From a bacterium (GTDB lineage Bacteria; Patescibacteriota; Patescibacteriia; Patescibacteriales; Patescibacteriaceae), in contig JAKAFD010000001.1 in assembly GCA_021818075.1 (NCBI GenBank), positions 1 to 33,601 of the forward strand: a stretch of DNA of 33,601 bases, written 5' to 3'. The notes beneath the pieces were generated by a model. That model did no database searches and was not told the DNA's origin. It worked only from the letters and a program-made list of their open reading frames with translations. Position 1 is the first letter of the stretch, and every line of letters starts with the position of its first letter. The translations under genes were made by a program, and so were the position numbers. Positions 8,138 to 16,776 of this stretch are shown in pieces.

Positions 8138-8593
8138 TTATTCAATTTTCAAAATCTTGTACTCAACTTCGCCTTTGGGTGTTACCACTTTAACTTTTTC
8201 CCCTGCCTGCCGGTTTAAAAAGGCCTCGCCGATGGGCGACTCGTTGGAAATCTTGCCCACGAGCGGATCGGCTTCGTTAAAACTGACGATTTCAAATTGG
8301 CGTTCGCGGCCGTCCGACACCACGGTAATTTTTGAACCCATGCCAACAGCGCCGCTGCCCTTGCTTTCTACCACCTTTAAATTTTTAAGTAAGTTGAAAA
8401 TTTCGCCGATGCGGCCCTCGTTAAAAGCTTGTGCTTCTTTGGCATCGGCATACTCGGCGTTCTCGCTCAAGTCCCCGAGCTCCTTGGCCGCTTCAATTCG
8501 TTCGGCGATTTCCCGCCGCTTAACCGTAGATAAATTTTCCAGTTCTTCTTTGAGTTTATTATAACCCTCGGGCGAGATAATTTGGTCGGTCAT
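8138..8593 (-). CDS. greA: transcription elongation factor GreA
   Basis: GDLSENAEYADAKEAQ and ISNESPIGEA motifs. Confidence 0.97.
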   Translation of the reverse strand: MTDQIISPEGYNKLKEELENLSTVKRREIAERIEAAKELGDLSENAEYADAKEAQAFNEGRIGEIFNLLKNLKVVESKGSGAVGMGSKITVVSDGRERQFEIVSFNEADPLVGKISNESPIGEAFLNRQAGEKVKVVTPKGEVEYKILKIE

Positions 8594-8659
8594 AAGATAT
8601 TCATTTTTAATAGAAAATAATTGTTTGGTACAATAACACAGTTTTTAAAAAATCGCAAC

Positions 8660-10135
8660 TTAACTTTTAGCCTTTAGCCAGCAGGCGGTAAGCATTACTA
8701 TCCCCAGTCCTAGCGGATGATTTAAATAGGGCGTAAAAACATTAACCACTATCAAGGCGGTAATAATCATAACCAAACCGATGCCGTTCGGCGAATTCAG
8801 GCGCCAGGCATCGCGGATTAAATTCAGCAAAAATAATAAATAAATTAAAGCGCCGACTAAACTTAATTTCAGCCATAAATCCAACCAGCCCCATTCAAAA
8901 GCATAAGTTTCGTAAAGACCGTCGGGGTGCGTGGCCAAAACGCGCGGGTCGCTGGATTTATAAATTACGGTTGTGCCAAAGCCGCGCCCCAAAACCGGCG
9001 ACTCGCCGATTTTTTGCCAGAGCTTGGGCAAGAGCGCCCAGCGCGACGACACTGCCGCCTCATTTAAATTACTTCTTTGGCTTAACATATTCCAAGCCCC
9101 GAAGCCGGGCAGTTTAACTAAGGTGGTCATAAGCAATAAGCTGGCGATAACGCTGGCCGCAAACAATCCGATAAACTTAAACCAAACGCGCCACGGCAGT
9201 TTGGTTTTTAATAAATAAATTATTAAGCTGGCCAGCGCCGCCGCCAGCCCCACCCAAAAACTGCGCGATTGAGTGATGATAATAACCGTCAGCCCGGCAG
9301 TTACCAGCCACCATTTTAACCAAATCCCCTGTTTGTTTTTAATCGCCGCTGCCATTAAAGGCATTAGCAAACAAACAGCCAATAAGACATAAATATGCGA
9401 CTGGAAAAAAATTCGTACAAAATCCGAGCTCATACTCGTCACCTCGCCCACGCCCGTCACGCGCAGCCAGCGATATAGCCCCAAGTTTTGCCAATCGGCA
9501 AGGTGCGAAAAAAATGCCAGTGCCGCCAAAGTTTCCACGCTAAGCCAAACGACCGCGGCCGCCAGCAGCCGCACTAAATCTTGCCAATTATTTTCCCTCT
9601 CCTTGCGAAGGAGAGGGTCAGGGTGAGGTCCACCTTTTCCAAACACTTGCGCCAAGGGAAAAATCAGTGCCAAATAAAACCAGCTGTTGGCGTCTAAAAC
9701 TATGTTGGCAAAATTATTATGATTAACATAGCCGACCACTAAACCCAGCGCGACAAAGGCAAACAAAAGATAAAAATATTTGCCGTAAGGCAGGGCCAGA
9801 ACCGGCTTTATTTTTTTGGTTTTGATGATTTTAATAATCGTCTGCGCCAGCCAAACCCACAAAATAATCAGCCACAAAGCCATGCGGATAGAAATATCAA
9901 CGCCTCTGACTTCCCAAGTAAATAAATGTCCGAACGAGCCGATAAACAATTCAGCGAACGCCAGCAGTAAGCCGTATTTTATGTCCACAACCGACAACAC
10001 CAGCGCCGCCGCGGCGATAACAAAAAAACCGATGGTGTTAACAACCGGCCAGACAAATCCAAAATAAGACGCAAGTTCAACGCCCAGAATTGCCGCCAAA
10101 ATCAGCCAAAACTTTTTATCAAAAATATTTTTCAT
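8660..10135 (-). CDS. O-antigen ligase/polymerase family protein
   Basis: multi-TM, TQSRSFWVG, SSRWALL...SPVLGRGFG (Wzy_C-like) motifs; next to glycosyltransferases. Confidence 0.85.
   Translation of the reverse strand: MKNIFDKKFWLILAAILGVELASYFGFVWPVVNTIGFFVIAAAALVLSVVDIKYGLLLAFAELFIGSFGHLFTWEVRGVDISIRMALWLIILWVWLAQTIIKIIKTKKIKPVLALPYGKYFYLLFAFVALGLVVGYVNHNNFANIVLDANSWFYLALIFPLAQVFGKGGPHPDPLLRKERENNWQDLVRLLAAAVVWLSVETLAALAFFSHLADWQNLGLYRWLRVTGVGEVTSMSSDFVRIFFQSHIYVLLAVCLLMPLMAAAIKNKQGIWLKWWLVTAGLTVIIITQSRSFWVGLAAALASLIIYLLKTKLPWRVWFKFIGLFAASVIASLLLMTTLVKLPGFGAWNMLSQRSNLNEAAVSSRWALLPKLWQKIGESPVLGRGFGTTVIYKSSDPRVLATHPDGLYETYAFEWGWLDLWLKLSLVGALIYLLFLLNLIRDAWRLNSPNGIGLVMIITALIVVNVFTPYLNHPLGLGIVMLTACWLKAKS
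9592..9628. repeat. palindromic element inserted in-frame in the CDS
   Basis: CCCTCTCCTT-GCG-AAGGAGAGGG hairpin; 29/32 identical to the intergenic copy at 23529-23560. Confidence 0.85.
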
Positions 10136-10137
10136 AC

Positions 10138-10166
10138 TTTCCCCCCTCCTAATTTAGGAGAGGGAG
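10138..10166. repeat. CCCTC...GAGGG-type palindrome
   Basis: CCCCCCTCCTAA-T-TTAGGAGAGGG between GT2 and the ligase. Confidence 0.55.
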
Positions 10167-10170
10167 ACGA

Positions 10171-10920
10171 TTATAAATTATGTTTTTTCTTGATTACTTC
10201 CACAGCGGCGTTGTATTTTTTCACCGCCGGCAACCAAGGCAATAATTTATAAATAAAGCTCGGCAGCCAAGCACTCATCGTGCCACCGCCCGCGACGCGA
10301 AATAAAATCATATCAATCCACACTCCCTTTTTACCTTGCGCGAGCATGGTCAGCCACAAATCCCAATCCTGCAAGCGCTTAATTTTTTCGTCAAAGCCGG
10401 GCCAATCTTTGGTTCTAATTAACGAAGTCGTATGAATATACGGCATTTGTTTTAATTTGTCCGCGTCAAAAGGAAACAAGTGAAAAGTTTTCCAGCCGAA
10501 TTTGAAAGACGAATAAGCATAAGCGGCCTCCGGGTTTTCCTTGAGCGCATCAGTAAAATATTCCAGCGCTTGTTTATCCAAAACAATATCCGCGTCGCAA
10601 AACAGCAGATACTCCCCCGTCGCCTCGCGCGCGCCGCGATTGCGCGCCGCATTGGCCCCGCCGTTAGCTTGGGTAATAAATTTAAAATTCGCCAGTTCAA
10701 CTTTTTCCAGTTCCGGATTTTCCGAAGCCAGGCGCGATTCCGGCAAAGCCAGCACCGCCAACTGTTTGGTAAAATCCGCTATCACCTCTTTAAGGTTATC
10801 CCGCGAGCCGTCATTAACCACGATTATTTCATAATCGGTAAAAGTTTGATTTAAAATGCTCGCCAAACACTTGGCCAACTTCTCAGCTTGATTATAAACA
10901 GGAATAATTATAGAAATCAT
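10171..10920 (-). CDS. glycosyltransferase family 2
   Basis: ISIIIPVYN, VNDGS, ARNRG, FCDAD, QDWDLW; real start MISII because the upstream MPAFAGMT is a translated repeat. Confidence 0.95.
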   Translation of the reverse strand: MISIIIPVYNQAEKLAKCLASILNQTFTDYEIIVVNDGSRDNLKEVIADFTKQLAVLALPESRLASENPELEKVELANFKFITQANGGANAARNRGAREATGEYLLFCDADIVLDKQALEYFTDALKENPEAAYAYSSFKFGWKTFHLFPFDADKLKQMPYIHTTSLIRTKDWPGFDEKIKRLQDWDLWLTMLAQGKKGVWIDMILFRVAGGGTMSAWLPSFIYKLLPWLPAVKKYNAAVEVIKKKHNL

Positions 10921-10929
10921 ATTCTCTTT

Positions 10930-10955
10930 CGTCATGCCAGCGAAAGCTGGCATCT
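10930..10955 (-). repeat. AGAT...ATGAC palindromic repeat
   Basis: AGATGCCAGCTTTCGCTGGCATGACG on the minus strand. Confidence 0.75.
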
Positions 10956-12041
10956 TTAACTTTTTAGAAAATCGAAGATTTTCTTAGCCTGTCCTTCCCA
11001 ATTAAAATTTTCCAGGGCGCGCTGGCGACCGGCATCGCCCAAACGATTTCTCAAGGACGGATACTTGGCCAGCTTCACTATCGCTTCGGCGATTTGCTCG
11101 GGATTGGTCGGGTCAACCAAGAGGCCGTTGATGTTGTCGGCCACGGCGTCAGCCACTCCGCCGCTCGCTCCGGCGATGACCGGTTTGCCGGCTAAACCGG
11201 CTTCCAGATAAACAATACCAAAGCCCTCCATATCGGCGCCGATTTGGCACGCCGTCATAATAAAGATATCACAAAGCTTGTACCAATTCATCTTTTCCTC
11301 GTCCTCAACCCCGGTTAAAATATGGGTTTGGCGGCCAAGCCCTAAATTGCCTATTTTAGACCTTAAATTGGCCTCCTCCTCTCCTTGCCCAATAATGACA
11401 AAAGCGAGCTCTGGGAGGCTATTTTTGGCCAAATTTAGGGCCTCCAAGGCCATATCAGCCCCTTTGCGCTTAGTTAGCCGTCCAACGGTCAAAAGGACGG
11501 TTTTTCCGGCCAAATTATAGCGTCTTTTCAGGGCCTCAATTTTGGCCTCGTCATAGACAATAGTTCCGCCCTCAATACCCGGATTAACGCAGGCTACCCT
11601 GCCTAAATCAGCCGTGGCCACGATTTTTTTGGCTTGACTGGCGGTATAGGTATTAGCGCAGATAATCTTGTCGGCTTTGTTTAAAATAGCCTTAATCAGC
11701 CAGCGCTTGCGGGTTTGCGACCAGCCCAAGCTTAAATCATAGCCGTGCAGAAAGACGCAATATTTGAATTTATAAATAAAAGACAAGAGCCAGGCCACGG
11801 TGCCGAGCGGCAAAAGATGTCCGACCAAGACATAATTGTCGGGATTCTTTTTTAATTCAGATTTCAAAACCCCAACCGCCGGCCACCATTTCAACCATGT
11901 TCTTTTTTTATCAACCAGTTTCCCGTCATTATTATCAATCACCTTAATCGGTTCGCCGAAATTTTTAACCAAATTAAAATAATAATGGCCAACGCCACCC
12001 TTAAACGGCGGATATTCCAAAGTGAGCAATAGATACCTCAT
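10956..12041 (-). CDS. glycosyltransferase family 4
   Basis: YPPFKGG, VGRLTKRKG, EGFGIVYLEA motifs. Confidence 0.95.
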   Translation of the reverse strand: MRYLLLTLEYPPFKGGVGHYYFNLVKNFGEPIKVIDNNDGKLVDKKRTWLKWWPAVGVLKSELKKNPDNYVLVGHLLPLGTVAWLLSFIYKFKYCVFLHGYDLSLGWSQTRKRWLIKAILNKADKIICANTYTASQAKKIVATADLGRVACVNPGIEGGTIVYDEAKIEALKRRYNLAGKTVLLTVGRLTKRKGADMALEALNLAKNSLPELAFVIIGQGEEEANLRSKIGNLGLGRQTHILTGVEDEEKMNWYKLCDIFIMTACQIGADMEGFGIVYLEAGLAGKPVIAGASGGVADAVADNINGLLVDPTNPEQIAEAIVKLAKYPSLRNRLGDAGRQRALENFNWEGQAKKIFDFLKS

Positions 12042-12156
12042 AGTTCCTTGACAATTACCTTAAATAGTGTAATCTTATGCAAAAGTTCTTTTCAAACGAA
12101 TTCTAATTAATATTATATACATTTTCAACTATTTTTGTAATTTTATCGGGGGTATT

Positions 12157-12504
12157 ATGGCACGTGCTGAATTGGAATTTGAAGTATTGAAAGATGAGAC
12201 AGGCAGCATTAATGGTTTTAGTTTGTGCTCAAAAGCGCAAGCCGAAGCTGAATTTTTTTGTATGGATTTTCCAGATGCGGTAGCGGAAGGAAGAGCGACT
12301 ATAACACTTAATGAGGGCCAAATAATTTTTGACCACCCGAATTCCAAGTGGGGCCCCGGCAAATATGAGTTTGCTTTAAGCCCCGAGGAATATAAGGGTC
12401 TTGTTCTTGTTCTTCAAAATCCGGAAGACATTACCGTTGAAAGAATAATCGGATTTTCAATTGGATTCAAAGTAATACAAAAAGAATTTGCCACGGCATT
12501 TTAA
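12157..12504 (+). CDS. hypothetical protein in a stand-alone cassette
   Basis: TTGACA(12048)-16-TAATCT promoter, GGGGG SD-like run, terminator at 12525-12552. Confidence 0.7.
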   Translation: MARAELEFEVLKDETGSINGFSLCSKAQAEAEFFCMDFPDAVAEGRATITLNEGQIIFDHPNSKWGPGKYEFALSPEEYKGLVLVLQNPEDITVERIIGFSIGFKVIQKEFATAF

Positions 12505-12524
12505 TTTTAATTGTTCTATTTCAT

Positions 12525-12552
12525 AGCTCCAAGATTATTCTTGGAGTTTTTT
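12525..12552 (+). terminator. intrinsic terminator
   Basis: AGCTCCAAGA-TTAT-TCTTGGAGTT + T-run. Confidence 0.7.
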
Positions 12553-13144
12553 ATTTAATAATCTTCACATCAGCCGGCAGACTTTTTTTGATAATCGCCA
12601 AATCCTGCTCGGCATAATTATTGCCGGACAAATTAAGCGTTTTCAGATTTTTCAAGTTGCCCAGTTCATAAGGCAGGCCGGTCAGTTGGTTGTTGGCCAA
12701 ATTAAGTACCTCTAATTTGGAGAGCTGGCCGACTTCGGCGGGCACGCCCGTCATTTGATTGTTGCTGGCATTCAAAACACGCAAATTGGCCAGTTTCCTG
12801 ATTTCGGCCTGCAACGCTCCGGTCAATTTATTATTGGACACATTTAATTCAGTCAAATTGGTCTGGTTAAAAACCGAATCTGGCACCTTACTTAAGTTTT
12901 GCCCGCTTAAATTTAAAACATTGCCGCCGGTCGGTTTGGCCGCCGGGCAGGCTTCAAATTCGCAGTTCGGGCCTTTGCGGCCGACTGCCGTGCCGTCAGG
13001 ACAAATCTTGGCTTCCAGCGTGCAGGCCGTTTGCTTGCCCGTGTCCGGCGTCGCTGGCGGCGCTTGCTTGGTAATTTGCATGTTACCGATGGTGCACCCG
13101 CCTAATAAAATCACAGCGGGAATGATTAAAAATATTTTTTTCAT
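12551..13144 (-). CDS. leucine-rich repeat lipoprotein
   Basis: lipobox LGGC, CTLEAKICPDG...CEFEACP Cys motif, ~5 LxxLNLxNNQLTGLP repeats. Confidence 0.9.
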   Translation of the reverse strand: MKKIFLIIPAVILLGGCTIGNMQITKQAPPATPDTGKQTACTLEAKICPDGTAVGRKGPNCEFEACPAAKPTGGNVLNLSGQNLSKVPDSVFNQTNLTELNVSNNKLTGALQAEIRKLANLRVLNASNNQMTGVPAEVGQLSKLEVLNLANNQLTGLPYELGNLKNLKTLNLSGNNYAEQDLAIIKKSLPADVKIIK

Positions 13145-13165
13145 AAAATTAACTTAATTTAATTA

Positions 13166-13624
13166 TTAAAATTTTATAAAACTGGCAATGGTTAGAATAA
13201 CGCCCGCGCCCAAGAGACAGCCGGCCATTTTCCCTACGGCCGATTTTAGCATGGTTCTTTTTTCCGAAACATTTTGCAAGCGCAATTTTTCGGCCGCATA
13301 ACCCTCAAATAATCCGGCGATGCCGTCAGTGACGGCGTTGCCAGCGATGCCGCCGATAATAGCGCCGGCCACGCCGGCAAAACGAGCACCGAAAATGGCA
13401 AAAATAGCTAAAGAGCCATTATCCAAAACGCCAAAAAAGATATCCGGCAAAGTAGTTCTCAATTTTATCTTAAAAAATTTCAGGGACAGCAGGCAAATTA
13501 TGCCGATAATAATCATGGCCGGCCCCATCCAAGTGGCCTTATCAATAAAAAAGACGCTAACGCCCACTATTACAATACACAGTGCGACGATATTTATTAC
13601 TGACGGGATAAATTTTGGGCGCAT
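13166..13624 (-). CDS. membrane protein (VIT1/TMEM65-like Gly-rich helices possible)
   Basis: FFGVLDNG and GNAVTDGIAG segments. Confidence 0.7.
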   Translation of the reverse strand: MRPKFIPSVINIVALCIVIVGVSVFFIDKATWMGPAMIIIGIICLLSLKFFKIKLRTTLPDIFFGVLDNGSLAIFAIFGARFAGVAGAIIGGIAGNAVTDGIAGLFEGYAAEKLRLQNVSEKRTMLKSAVGKMAGCLLGAGVILTIASFIKF

Positions 13625-13643
13625 AGCTTTATTCTGATTAAGA

Positions 13644-13892
13644 TTAACGGGGTGAATTATTTTTTAATTTTTTAATAATATCAATCAGAGCCAAGACTCC
13701 GCCCACGGCCATCAAGCTGTAGCCCGCGGTGCGCATTTCGCCGAAGATAATGCCGGCAAAAATGAAAGCAAAGGCCAGCGCGGACAAGACGGTCATCTTT
13801 TCATTTGATTTTTTGCTTTTGCGCAAAATAATTACGGCGATAATTGCCAAAACAACAATGGCGATAGCGATGTAAAGTTTTGGTAAATTCAT
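13644..13892 (-). CDS. small 3-TM membrane protein
   Basis: 82 aa hydrophobic ORF coupled to its neighbours. Confidence 0.7.
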   Translation of the reverse strand: MNLPKLYIAIAIVVLAIIAVIILRKSKKSNEKMTVLSALAFAFIFAGIIFGEMRTAGYSLMAVGGVLALIDIIKKLKNNSPR

Positions 13893-14380
13893 ATGTTTTT
13901 GTTAGGTTGTAATTGTTTTAACCGCTTGGCTTCGGGGTAAATCATAGACAGGATAATTAAATCATAAATCGTCACGAGGAGCAACGCCAAGGAGTGCGTG
14001 TGGGTAATGCGGTAAATCTGGTAGCTGATGAAAGCGGCCAGCACGATGCCGGCGATTTGATACAGGCGGTAATGTTTGCTAAGTAGCGCCAGCGCCAAGC
14101 TGATTTTGACCAAGCCGTGGATTAAGAGATAAATGGCGATGAAAGTCAGAGTTTCGGGCAGGACTTTTTGCGAAGCGCCAATCAGGTAGTTAGCGATAAA
14201 GTCCTCGGGGTCTTCAATTAGTTCGCGGCGAAACAAAAACGGCAGGGCCGTGGCAATGGGGTTTGTGGCGCTAAACAGCAAAAACGAACCGGAAGCCACA
14301 TCCAGCACGCCGTCCGCGCCCTTGATAATGACGCTGACGCGGAAAAATCTATGCCAAAATAGTTTAATTTTCTCTTTCAT
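13889..14380 (-). CDS. DUF2127-like membrane protein
   Basis: IKGADGVLD, ELIEDPEDFIANYL, YLLIHGLVK, YQIYR motifs. Confidence 0.8.
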   Translation of the reverse strand: MKEKIKLFWHRFFRVSVIIKGADGVLDVASGSFLLFSATNPIATALPFLFRRELIEDPEDFIANYLIGASQKVLPETLTFIAIYLLIHGLVKISLALALLSKHYRLYQIAGIVLAAFISYQIYRITHTHSLALLLVTIYDLIILSMIYPEAKRLKQLQPNKNI

Positions 14381-14387
14381 TTTATTT

Positions 14388-14419
14388 TTATCCTTAAATA
14401 CTCCAGTATTTAAGGATAA
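14388..14419. promoter_or_regulatory. perfect 14-bp inverted repeat (terminator or operator)
   Basis: TTATCCTTAAATAC-TCCA-GTATTTAAGGATAA immediately upstream of the tRNA-like gene promoter. Confidence 0.6.
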
Positions 14420-14426
14420 GTAAAGT

Positions 14427-14455
14427 TTGACTTTTTTAGCGACTTGATATAAATT
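14427..14455 (+). promoter_or_regulatory. promoter of the tRNA-like gene
   Basis: TTGACT-17 nt-TAAATT, followed by boxA-like AGTACTTTTGAAT at 14470. Confidence 0.55.
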
Positions 14456-14486
14456 ATAAAAACCTAAATAGTACTTTTGAATACAC

Positions 14487-14619
14487 TGTCCCTTAGCTCA
14501 GGTGGTCAGAGCACCAGGATGCGGAAGTCGTATGATAGTTTTTTAATACTAGTTAATGGAAAATTGTTGTTTTCCGCTTACGAACTTGGAGGTCGGGGGT
14601 CCGAATCCCTCAGGGGCAA
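14487..14619 (+). tRNA. tRNA-Arg-like gene with 59 extra nt in the anticodon arm (intron-containing or pseudo-tRNA)
   Basis: acceptor TGTCCCT/AGGGGCA, D arm GCTC-AGGTGGTCA-GAGC, anticodon stem CCAGG/CTTGG enclosing 66 nt, variable loop AGGTC, T arm GGGGG-TCCGAAT-CCCTC; no encoded CCA. Confidence 0.8.
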
Positions 14620-14637
14620 TCATTTTACATGCCATCG

Positions 14638-15108
14638 TTAATCAACGATGGCTTTTTTATTCAAGAACCGTTTTAATTTTTGCGTGGCCCTCTCAACTTT
14701 CATTATATCACCTTTTGTTTTAAATTTTTTCTTGGCGTAATTTATAATTGGTCTGACTGATTCTATTTTCTTGCCAAATTTATTCATCCAGCCGTAGCGT
14801 GGTAATAAACAAATATGAAAATGGTGCTCGGTGTCCTCTCGGTGATATAAATAAATAACTTTAACGCCGAGCGCGCGTCGCATAGCCAGCCGCACGCGGC
14901 ATAAAAATTTTATAAAATCTTGCTGCTCGCGGTCGGTAAATTCAGTAAAACTTTGGATATGCCTTCTGGCGGAAATAATGACCAAACCGGGAATTAGCAC
15001 CAAACAATCTTGGTGGGCATCAAAATATCTTGATTTTGCCATTTCACCCGAAGTTATCTCCCCCGCCTCGCGCGCGCAAGCCAAGCAACTTTTTTTATTT
15101 TTAGTCAC
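14638..15108 (-). CDS. HIT-family hydrolase-like protein
   Basis: N-terminal CxxC, IPGLVIISARRHI, HHFHICLLPRY (third His replaced by Cys). Confidence 0.8.
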   Translation of the reverse strand: MTKNKKSCLACAREAGEITSGEMAKSRYFDAHQDCLVLIPGLVIISARRHIQSFTEFTDREQQDFIKFLCRVRLAMRRALGVKVIYLYHREDTEHHFHICLLPRYGWMNKFGKKIESVRPIINYAKKKFKTKGDIMKVERATQKLKRFLNKKAIVD

Positions 15109-15117
15109 ACTTTTTAT

Positions 15118-15540
15118 TTACAAATTTTGAATATGGGCGCTTAAAAAGGTTTCCACGGCGTTCACTGTGTCTTTTTTAAGTTTGGGATTGCTTTCCGCCA
15201 CCCATTTAGCAAAGTTGTACAGTTCCTGATTGTCAACTTTCAGCCATTTTTTATTTTCATACAAAAAATAAAATAAGGTAACCATCGCAATACGTTTGTT
15301 GCCGTTTTGAAAAGGATGATTTTTTATCATCAAATAAAAAAGAATCGCGGCTTTTTTGATAAGCCCCGGATAAAGCTGTTTACCGTCAAAAGTTTGGAAG
15401 GGCTGGTCAATACATCTTTCTAGGGCATCGCCAAAACGCGTTCTGAAATCAGGAATCGGCTCGGACCAGCTCATAGTTTCTTGCGCCAAGCGGTGAGCTA
15501 CATATTCAACGCCCAAAATGTTGATTCTTTGAATTCTCAT
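15118..15540 (-). CDS. Fic/Doc family protein (putative toxin)
   Basis: HPFQNGNKR motif; start MRIQR directly after the HTH gene stop. Confidence 0.9.
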   Translation of the reverse strand: MRIQRINILGVEYVAHRLAQETMSWSEPIPDFRTRFGDALERCIDQPFQTFDGKQLYPGLIKKAAILFYLMIKNHPFQNGNKRIAMVTLFYFLYENKKWLKVDNQELYNFAKWVAESNPKLKKDTVNAVETFLSAHIQNL

Positions 15541-15541
15541 A

Positions 15542-15820
15542 TTATTCTTTGCCCAAGAGACGCAGGGTCTCGCCGTATTCCTTAACGGTTTTTTTGACAG
15601 CCTTAGCAATATCCGTTTTTTGGTCGGCCGTTAAGGGTTGCGTAGCAGAACCGCCGACGATAGCTTCGGCATCCTGCGTGGCGATAACATAAGACCGGCC
15701 GATTTTTTCAGCCGGAATCTGCCCTTTTTGGATGCGCTTAAAAACAGCCACTCGGCTGATACCAAGTTTTTTAGCCATTTCAGCGGCGGAGATGTATAAT
15801 TTTTTTTGTTTATTTTCCAT
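15542..15820 (-). CDS. HTH_17/excisionase-like DNA-binding protein, putative antitoxin
   Basis: ISAAEMAKKLGISRVAVFKRIQKGQIPA HTH; C-terminal KEYGETLRLLGKE resembles Doc-antitoxin tails. Confidence 0.85.
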   Translation of the reverse strand: MENKQKKLYISAAEMAKKLGISRVAVFKRIQKGQIPAEKIGRSYVIATQDAEAIVGGSATQPLTADQKTDIAKAVKKTVKEYGETLRLLGKE

Positions 15821-15827
15821 AAAATTC

Positions 15828-15879
15828 TTGTTAACCCTATCATATCAATAAGGTTAACAATTGTTAACCTATTTGTCAA
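15828..15879 (-). promoter_or_regulatory. promoter/operator of the HTH-Fic module
   Basis: perfect 20-bp palindrome AGGTTAACAATTGTTAACCT (15851-15870), third TTGTTAACC box (15828-15836), TTGACA at 15879-15874. Confidence 0.75.
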
Positions 15880-16243
15880 GGGACTGCTTTTTCTTGATGC
15901 GATAGGTGCCGACGAGGAGGGGCAGGAGGAAGGTTATAATATAATACAAATAAACATCCAATTTGTAATAACCGTCAGCGGGCTTGAGGAGTTTGACCAG
16001 GAAAAAGTAGTCGCAGATAACGGCAATCAAGGTCCATGCGATAGCTAAGGTTAGGTAGCGTCTAAACGAACCAACGCTGATGCGTTTGAATAACACCCAA
16101 AGCGTGATAACAATGCCGATAGGCATAATCACCCACCCCAGCGCATTGGCCGGCACGAAGAAAAAAAGAATTATCCCCAGCCCGTAGCCAATGAGCCAAA
16201 GAACAATTCCCCACCCCACAGAATCCTTTAAAATTTGTTTCAT
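15869..16243 (-). CDS. 4-TM membrane protein
   Basis: 124 aa hydrophobic ORF in the co-oriented string. Confidence 0.75.
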   Translation of the reverse strand: MKQILKDSVGWGIVLWLIGYGLGIILFFFVPANALGWVIMPIGIVITLWVLFKRISVGSFRRYLTLAIAWTLIAVICDYFFLVKLLKPADGYYKLDVYLYYIITFLLPLLVGTYRIKKKQSLDK

Positions 16244-16776
16244 ATTTTTTTATCGCCCTTATTAAAAATCGCCATAAATAATAAATCATGAAATTTGCCC
16301 CCGGCTATGGTCTCGTCTTTCAATATGCCCTCTACTTTGAAACCTAATTTTTTATATAATTTTAGAGCTTGTTTGTTTTCTTTGTAGACGCCAAGATACA
16401 TTTTATGGAGCTTCAACTTTTTGAACCCATAATCTATGAGATATAACATTGCCAACTTCCCGAATCCACGACCCCGGTATTTATCCTCGCCAATGATGAT
16501 AAACAAGTCAGCATTGCGTCTTACCTGATCAATTTTTGTCAAACCCATGAAACCGACCGGCGTCTTATCATCACAGATAGTAAAAAATTTTTTGCTCTTA
16601 TCTTTTAAATAATTATCAAACCATTGGCGTTGTGCGCGGAGAGTGGTTTTCCGGCCAGACATATCGCCAATAAACCGATTAGCTTTGGGATTATTAAGCC
16701 AAGCTACACGGAAAGGAATATCTGTTTTGTTATGCTGCCTGATTTTTATCATAATTTTATTTTTGTAATTTATCAC
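16240..16776 (-). CDS. GNAT (RimJ/RimL-like) N-acetyltransferase
   Basis: YRGRGFGK acetyl-CoA motif, ENKQALKLYKKLGFKVEG. Confidence 0.9.
   Translation of the reverse strand: MINYKNKIMIKIRQHNKTDIPFRVAWLNNPKANRFIGDMSGRKTTLRAQRQWFDNYLKDKSKKFFTICDDKTPVGFMGLTKIDQVRRNADLFIIIGEDKYRGRGFGKLAMLYLIDYGFKKLKLHKMYLGVYKENKQALKLYKKLGFKVEGILKDETIAGGKFHDLLFMAIFNKGDKKI

Noticed and set aside
10921..10953. N-terminal MPAFAGMTKEN extension of GT2
   Set aside because: It is the translation of a palindromic repeat; the GT2 fold begins at MISII (10920)
3632..13637. Numerous plus-strand ORFs antisense to serS, lysS, greA, ligase, GTs and LRR genes
   Set aside because: Shadow ORFs fully overlapping well-supported genes, with no motifs or expression signals
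14519..14584. Group I intron or canonical archaeal bulge-helix-bulge intron in the tRNA
   Set aside because: 59 nt is too short for a ribozyme core, no register gives both a 5' exon ending in U and an intron ending in G, and a 37/38 BHB central helix (ATGC vs TTAC) does not pair
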